Part shown: in pieces, positions 58,636 to 64,000 of the stretch
Layout of the letters: each line of letters opens with the position of its first letter
How positions within the stretch are numbered: position 1 is the stretch's first letter
Assembly: GCA_965197885.1 (NCBI GenBank)
Contig: OZ240231.1
Span: 845,501 to 909,500, forward strand
Origin: Thermodesulfobacteriota bacterium
GTDB taxonomy: Bacteria; Desulfobacterota_D; UBA1144; Nemesobacterales; Nemesobacteraceae
Reading direction: 5' to 3'
DNA: 64,000 nt
The notes under the pieces: generated by a model
Told to the model about the DNA's origin: nothing
What the model saw: the letters and a program-made list of their open reading frames with translations, nothing else
Database searches by the model: none
Made by a program: the position numbers and the translations under genes

Positions 58636-60885
58636 TCAGTGGTTTTCCGCTTTAGCGGCTTTTCTAACTATATTGCCGTCTTTATCGAGATTAAGGGTGC
58701 TTCTGCACTTGGGATAGCCGCTGCAGCCGAGAAACGGCCCGCGTCGGCTGCGGCGAACTACCATGGGCTTGCCGCACTTCTCGCATTTAACATCTTCGCG
58801 TATCTGGGGAGCTTCTTTCTTCTTTATGACAATCCTGCCGTCTTCCCTCGTGAATTCCTTGGGGTTTTTGCAATCGGGATACCTTGAGCAGGAAAGAAAC
58901 TGCCCGTAGCGCCCTTCCTTTATCACCATGGGAGCACCGCACTTGTCGCATTCGATATCATCGCAGATTTCGGGATCGGTTTTCTTCCCCACGATGATTT
59001 CCCCGTCCTCTGCTCTTTTGAAATCCTTTGCGTTCTTACACTCCGGATACCCAGAGCAGGAAAGAAACTGCCCGTAGCGCCCTTCCTTTATCACCATGGG
59101 AGCACCGCACTTGTCGCATTCGATATCGGTTGGAATCTCCACCTTGCGCCCCTCGATTTCCTCCTCGGCTCTGGTCACGCTCTTTGAGAACCCTTCGTAG
59201 AAGCCCCGTAACAGTTCAACCCAGTGGACTTCACCTTCCTCCACTCTGTCAAGATCGCTCTCCATACGGGCTGTAAACTCCTCGCTCATTATCCCCGGGA
59301 ACCCCTCCACCAGGAAATCGTTTACGGAGAAACCCAGAGGGGTCGGAATAAACCTTCCCTTCTGCCGCTCGGCGTATCCCCTGTCCTGTATAGTTGAAAG
59401 GATGGACGCGTAGGTAGAAGGTCTTCCGATGCCTTTTTCCTCAAGCTCCTTCACAAGCGAGCTTTCAGAATATCTTGGAGGAGGCTGAGTAAAATGCTGC
59501 TTGGGGTCGAGTTTTAGAAGAGAAAGAGCGTCTTTTTCAAAAAGCTCGGGAAGCCGCTTGTCCTCATCTCTTCTGGAGTTCTTACCAGTTTCGTTGGTTT
59601 CTTCTTTTTCCGCAGTCTCCTCGTAGGCGGCAGTAAAACCCGGAAACTTCATCACGTTACCTGTGGCTCTGAAAACGGCTTCGCCCGCCGTGATGTCAAC
59701 CCGGGTCTGGTCGTATACCGCCGGGGTCATCTGCGAGGCGATGAACCTTTTCCATATAAGGGTGTAAAGCTTGTACTGGTCCTCGGTGAGGAATTTCCTT
59801 AGTTCATCGGGCTGTCTTGAGGGGAAGGTGGGTCTTATGCATTCATGGGCGTCCTGTGCGGATTTTTTTACCTTAAACACATTCGGGCGCTTCGGCACGT
59901 AATTGCCTCCGTAATTCTCGGATATGAAACCCCTTGCTTCCAAGACGGCGTTTTCAGACGCTCTCACAGAATCGGTTCTCATGTATGTAATTAGTCCGAC
60001 CGGCCCTTCGCTTCCAAGCTCAATTCCCTCGTAGAGTGCCTGGGCAACCGACATCGTCTTTTTTACGGAGAAGCGGTTTTTTTTCGAGGAATCCTGCTGA
60101 AGAGTGCTGGTTATGAAAGGGGGAAGCGGCTTTCTTCTCCTTTCTTTCTTTTCTACCGCCCCTACGACAAAGTCTTTCCCCGAAAGCGCGGAAACTATCT
60201 CTTCTGACTGCTGTGCGTTTTCAACTTTGGCCTTTTCTCCCCGGAACATATGGAGCGAAGCCGTAAAGGCATCCGCGTCGGGGACTGCATTTTTCTTAAG
60301 GAGCGCATCAAGTGTCCAGTATTCCTGGGGCTTGAAATTCTCAATTTCCCTCTCTCTCTCCACAACGAATCTCAGGGCGACGCTCTGCACCCTCCCCGCG
60401 CTCAGTCCCTTCCCTACCTTCTTCCAGAGAACTGGACTCACCTTGTAGCCGACGATTCTGTCAAGAATTCTTCTCGCCTGCTGAGATTCAAAACGGTCCC
60501 TGTTGATCTCGAGCGGTCTGCTCATGGAATCCCTGACTCCAGCTTCCGTTATTTCGTGTATAAGCACCCTCTGGGCCTTATCCCAGAGATCAAGACGGTT
60601 GGCTATATGCCACGCAATGGCCTCCCCTTCCCTGTCCGGATCAGAGGCCAGATAAACTTTTTCCACGTCCCGCGACGCTTTTTTCAAATTCTCAAGATAC
60701 CTAGTTTTGCCCTTTATGACGGTATAGTCGGGCTTGAAATCGTTTTGGATATCAACTCCGAGTTTGCTGCTCGGAAGATCTATAAGATGCCCCGAAGAAG
60801 CTTCCACGCGGAAATCCCGGCCGAGATATTTTCTTATTGTTCTCGCCTTTGATGGAGATTCAACTATTACAAGGGATTTAGCCAT
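58636..60885 (-). CDS. topA: DNA topoisomerase I with C-terminal tandem zinc ribbons
   Basis: 749 aa. Toprim MAKSLVIVESPSKARTI. Active-site Tyr region. Three C4 ribbons (CDKCGAPMVIKEGRYGQFLSCSGYPEC x2, CEKCGKPMVV...CSGYPKC). Confidence 0.95.
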   Translation of the reverse strand: MAKSLVIVESPSKARTIRKYLGRDFRVEASSGHLIDLPSSKLGVDIQNDFKPDYTVIKGKTRYLENLKKASRDVEKVYLASDPDREGEAIAWHIANRLDLWDKAQRVLIHEITEAGVRDSMSRPLEINRDRFESQQARRILDRIVGYKVSPVLWKKVGKGLSAGRVQSVALRFVVEREREIENFKPQEYWTLDALLKKNAVPDADAFTASLHMFRGEKAKVENAQQSEEIVSALSGKDFVVGAVEKKERRRKPLPPFITSTLQQDSSKKNRFSVKKTMSVAQALYEGIELGSEGPVGLITYMRTDSVRASENAVLEARGFISENYGGNYVPKRPNVFKVKKSAQDAHECIRPTFPSRQPDELRKFLTEDQYKLYTLIWKRFIASQMTPAVYDQTRVDITAGEAVFRATGNVMKFPGFTAAYEETAEKEETNETGKNSRRDEDKRLPELFEKDALSLLKLDPKQHFTQPPPRYSESSLVKELEEKGIGRPSTYASILSTIQDRGYAERQKGRFIPTPLGFSVNDFLVEGFPGIMSEEFTARMESDLDRVEEGEVHWVELLRGFYEGFSKSVTRAEEEIEGRKVEIPTDIECDKCGAPMVIKEGRYGQFLSCSGYPECKNAKDFKRAEDGEIIVGKKTDPEICDDIECDKCGAPMVIKEGRYGQFLSCSRYPDCKNPKEFTREDGRIVIKKKEAPQIREDVKCEKCGKPMVVRRSRRGPFLGCSGYPKCRSTLNLDKDGNIVRKAAKAENH

Positions 60886-60994
60886 AGAAACAGTTTTCTG
60901 TTCGTAAAATGATTCTAAACTTATAAAAAGCCGGCGGAATTTGTCAAGACCGACGCAAAAACCGGGATTACTCCCCCGAAGCCGCTACAGCGTA

Positions 60995-61996
60995 TCAAAC
61001 TTCTATGCTCTGCGCAAGAGCCCTGTTGGCATTATACCACCTGAGCGAGTTTTCAATGCCCGTTTCGATATCAAAGCAAGGCTCCCAGTCCAAGACCCTC
61101 TTCGCCTTGTCTATGTTTGCCAGGGTAACCTTGATATCGGAAGGATGTGGAGGGCTGCAAGCGATCTTGGCCCTTTTGCCGGTTCTGCGTTCCATTACGC
61201 CTATGATCTCGTTTAGGGAAACCGAGGTCGCGCTTCCGAGGTTTATTACCTCAAAGCCGAGATTCCTTATCGCCAGAACCGTCCCCGCGGCGATATCGTC
61301 AACGTAGGTAAAATCTCTTTTCTGCTCCCCGTCGCCGAGTATTTCTATCTCCTGTCCTTCGTCTATCCACTTTATGAACCGAAAAACGCTCATATCGGGT
61401 CTTCCAGCGGGACCGTAAACGGTAAAGTAGCGAAGCACCGAGATGTCTATTCCGTAAAGGGAGTTGTAAACCGAGCAAAGACCCTCGGCGGATTTTTTTG
61501 AAGATGCGTAAGGAGAAAGCTGGTAGTCGGTCTTCATGTCCTCGCTGAAAGGAATATCGTTTCCCCCGTAAACGCTCGAAGTTGAAGCGAGTACGAACTT
61601 GCCTATCCCCTCGGAGCGACAGAATTCAAGGAGATTAAGAGTCCCCGTCACGTTGGTAGAGTAATATATCCAGGGGTTCTCAATGCTCTGGCGAACACCT
61701 GCCCGAGCCGCCAGGTTAATTATGCAGTCAATTCGGCCACCCTTGCAAAAACCCTTTATCTCTTCACACACAGAAAGAAGCCTGGGGTTATTCGATATAT
61801 CACACCCGAAAAAACTGAACCCCTCCCGCTCGAAAAGAATTTCAAGCCTATGGTGTTTGAGTCTCACATCGTAAGCATCCGACATGTTATCGAGGCCGAA
61901 AACGCAATCCCCGCGCTCAAGGAGAAACTCGCATACTCTGGCACCTATAAATCCCGCGCAACCCGAAACGATGATATTCATGGCAGTAGAAACCAC
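60995..61996 (-). CDS. NAD-dependent nucleotide-sugar epimerase (UDP-glucuronate 4-epimerase-like)
   Basis: 333 aa. GCAGFIGARV Rossmann. YASSKKSAE (YxxxK). Adjacent to ugd. Confidence 0.7.
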   Translation of the reverse strand: MVSTAMNIIVSGCAGFIGARVCEFLLERGDCVFGLDNMSDAYDVRLKHHRLEILFEREGFSFFGCDISNNPRLLSVCEEIKGFCKGGRIDCIINLAARAGVRQSIENPWIYYSTNVTGTLNLLEFCRSEGIGKFVLASTSSVYGGNDIPFSEDMKTDYQLSPYASSKKSAEGLCSVYNSLYGIDISVLRYFTVYGPAGRPDMSVFRFIKWIDEGQEIEILGDGEQKRDFTYVDDIAAGTVLAIRNLGFEVINLGSATSVSLNEIIGVMERRTGKRAKIACSPPHPSDIKVTLANIDKAKRVLDWEPCFDIETGIENSLRWYNANRALAQSIEV

Positions 61997-62012
61997 TCCC
62001 AGTCCATTTTTG

Positions 62013-63308
62013 TCACCTGCCGATTCCGAAATACATTATGCCCAAGGTCTTCAGTTTTGTGTGGTCATAAACATTTCTTCCGTCAAATATTACGGGGGTC
62101 TTCATAAGTTCCCTTATTCTCTCGAAATTCGGCTGTCTGTACTGGCTCCACTCGGTGTGAACCACAAGGGCGTCCGCGTCCCTGCAGGCATCATAGTAGG
62201 ATTCGAAGTAATCCACTCTGTCTTTGAGAACGGCCCTCGCGTTTCCCATGGCAGCCGGGTCGTGGACGGCAACCGAGCATCCAGCCTCAAGCAGTCTGCC
62301 TATCACGTAAAGCGACGGGGCCTCTCTTATGTCATCGGTATTGGGCTTAAACGAGATTCCCCACACGGCGATTCTCTTTCCGCGAAGATCGCCGAAGAAT
62401 CCGGCTATCTTATTGAAAAATCTCTCCCTCTGAGCTGCATTCACGCAGTCAACCGCGGTTACCACTTCGGGTTCGTATCCGACATCACGCGCCATTTTCT
62501 CAAGGGCCTTTATGTCCTTTGGAAAACATGACCCTCCGTATCCGATTCCCGGGTAAAGGTAGTATCTGCCTATCCTCGAGTCAGAACCCATCACCGAGCG
62601 CACCTGGGATACGTTTGCGCCCAGAAGCTCGCACAGGTTCGCTATGTCGTTCATAAAAGATATCCTCGTGGCAAGCATCGCATTTGAGGCGTACTTTGAC
62701 ATTTCGGAAGATCGGATGGAAACCACGATTGTCCTGTCGGCGGACCTCATGAAGGGGGAGTAAAGCTCCCTCAGGACTAAACCCACCGACTCGTCCTCAG
62801 CTCCTATGACGACCCTGTCGGGCTTAAGGAAATCCTCGACCGCCGCGCCTTCCTTGAGAAACTCGGGGTTCGATGCCACGCCGAATTCCTGATCCGTGAG
62901 GGATTTTATGGTGTCGCGCACTTTTTCTGTAGTGCCCACGGGAACCGTGCTTTTGGTTACGACTATCTTGTAGCCGTCAAGATTGCCTCCTATTGACCGC
63001 GCCACATCAAGAACAGAAGATATATCGGCTTCTCCGTTTTGCGCCTGAGGTGTTCCGACCGCGATGAATATCAGAGAGGATTCCCTGACGGCCGAAGCTA
63101 TGTCGGTAGTAAAAGAAAGTCTTCCCTCATCTATATTGGTGCGCACTACCTTATCAAGGCCGGGTTCGAAAAACGGAACCTCCGCACGCCGAAGACTCTC
63201 AATCTTGTTCTCGTCTATGTCAACGCACAAAACGCTGTTTCCGCTTCCGGCAAGACACGCTCCAGTGACAAGCCCCACGTAACCCGTTCCTATGACTGCT
63301 ATTTTCAT
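62013..63308 (-). CDS. ugd: UDP-glucose 6-dehydrogenase
   Basis: 431 aa. MKIAVIGTGYVGLVTGACLA N-terminus. Catalytic GGSCFPKDIKAL. Confidence 0.9.
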   Translation of the reverse strand: MKIAVIGTGYVGLVTGACLAGSGNSVLCVDIDENKIESLRRAEVPFFEPGLDKVVRTNIDEGRLSFTTDIASAVRESSLIFIAVGTPQAQNGEADISSVLDVARSIGGNLDGYKIVVTKSTVPVGTTEKVRDTIKSLTDQEFGVASNPEFLKEGAAVEDFLKPDRVVIGAEDESVGLVLRELYSPFMRSADRTIVVSIRSSEMSKYASNAMLATRISFMNDIANLCELLGANVSQVRSVMGSDSRIGRYYLYPGIGYGGSCFPKDIKALEKMARDVGYEPEVVTAVDCVNAAQRERFFNKIAGFFGDLRGKRIAVWGISFKPNTDDIREAPSLYVIGRLLEAGCSVAVHDPAAMGNARAVLKDRVDYFESYYDACRDADALVVHTEWSQYRQPNFERIRELMKTPVIFDGRNVYDHTKLKTLGIMYFGIGR

Positions 63309-63495
63309 CTTTTAAATCTCCCAGAAGAAACCCGCGAGCAACGCTCGCGCAGGAACTTTTCAGCAACTAAAAGACAAGATAGGGTACAACAAATCCTCAA
63401 AAAATAAACAGATCGGGGAAATCCTGTCAATGATACGTTATCCGTCCGGATTCACAGTACGGAAGTTCTCCACTTTCGCCGCGGGAGACCTCCTT

Positions 63496-64000
63496 TTAAA
63501 AATCAATGCCGAAGATTGCACCCAGCGCGGACCCGCTTCCCATCATGCCCGCACCTAGCGCTATGGTATGTGCGACGGGAAAAACCTCGCCGTCATTGTT
63601 TTCGCTTAAGACACCGGGGAAGTATTCAGACGCCCGCGCTCCGCTACCATCTGAGGTCGCCACGGAGCGCCACCGCGTGACGGGAGGGGGCATCGGGGTT
63701 CTCGGTGCGGTCGCCCTCTAGGCTGAGGTTAAAGGAGTCGCCGAGCCTAAGGCGCCATCCCGCCCTGTATCTCCTGTCCCCAGACATGGAGAACCCTCCG
63801 TAAGGAGTGATGACTCCGGAGCCCCCAAACGCCCCCATGGCGTAACCCGCCTCCGCGTCCACGCGTCCCGGGGCCTGGGCGCCTCCTGTAAGCCCCCGCG
63901 TATCTCCCATTGCCCAAAGACCCTCAACCCCGCTTGCAGTGGTTCCAACGGATGAACCGAGCCTTGCCGAGAATCCCCTCTCCGCTCCCCCCGGAGCGAA
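63496..64000 (-). CDS. 3' portion of a GC-rich gene, possibly a frameshifted Gly-rich outer-membrane beta-barrel protein (continues past window end)
   Basis: Two overlapping minus-strand frames: 63644-63910 (...GAFGGSGVITPYGGFSMSGDRRYRAGWRLRLGDSFNLSLEG...LRGDLRW) and 63496-63693 (...LGAGMMGSGSALGAIFGIDF). Both end in an aromatic-terminated alternating-hydrophobic strand typical of OMP C-termini. Local GC is visibly higher than the rest of the window. Confidence 0.3.

Noticed and set aside
63718-63948. 76-aa minus-strand ORF in the terminal GC-rich segment
   Set aside because: It is in a third frame overlapping the two OMP-like frames. High GC inflates ORF length. No motif.

Overview
The window is a bacterial chromosomal segment of roughly 45-50% GC with no rRNA or tRNA genes. 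It contains five blocks.

- **1-2.8 kb:** the 3' end of ubiE/menG, then pdxH, a TIGR01777-type epimerase and an LLM-class flavin/F420 oxidoreductase.
- **2.9-22.1 kb, minus strand:** a contiguous 34-gene str/S10/spc/alpha ribosomal-protein super-operon (rpsL-rpsG-fusA-tuf-rpsJ ... secY-adk-map-infA-rpmJ-rpsM-rpsK-rpsD-rpoA-rplQ). It is driven by a consensus sigma70 promoter (TTGACA-18-TATAAT) upstream of rpsL, lacks rpmD (L30), carries an S14 type Z, and has a TTG-start rpmJ.
- **22.3-30.2 kb:** housekeeping genes purD, glmS, glmU, ssb, a NUDIX hydrolase, a hydantoinase-A family protein and rpoZ.
- **30.6-41.7 kb:** an accessory-looking stretch. It holds PhoD phosphatase, hisIE, two tandem paralogous split FmdB-like zinc-ribbon proteins, a DEDDh exonuclease, a double-Cache membrane-anchored protein, an HNH_2 endonuclease, a Zn-ADH, an NDT-like protein, arsC, an enoyl-CoA hydratase and era.
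- **41.8-48.8 kb:** a complete type II-C CRISPR-Cas locus, which is the most interesting feature.
  - A photolyase gene remnant (5' ~45 codons only) marks the insertion boundary.
  - A tracrRNA is encoded antisense just upstream of cas9. It has a TATAAT promoter, an anti-repeat with bulge, two hairpins and an intrinsic terminator.
  - cas9 encodes 1048 aa with intact RuvC and HNH motifs and overlaps cas1, which is followed by cas2.
  - A 19-repeat / 18-spacer array has 36-bp repeats reading GTTGTGAATAGCGGGGGCCTTTCAGTCAGTTAGAAT on the minus strand.
  - The array contains an internal 132-bp two-spacer tandem duplication followed by a 40-bp degenerate repeat.
  - The array starts 3 nt after the stop codon of a chromosomal TraT-like lipoprotein gene on the same (minus) strand, implying read-through and/or repeat-embedded promoters.
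- **49-64 kb:** aspS, a thioredoxin-fold/MarR(Cys-rich) divergent pair, sucA-sucB, recG, topA, a nucleotide-sugar epimerase, ugd and a GC-rich partial (possibly frameshifted) outer-membrane beta-barrel gene at the window edge.

All product calls come from reading the ORF translations. No database searches were run.
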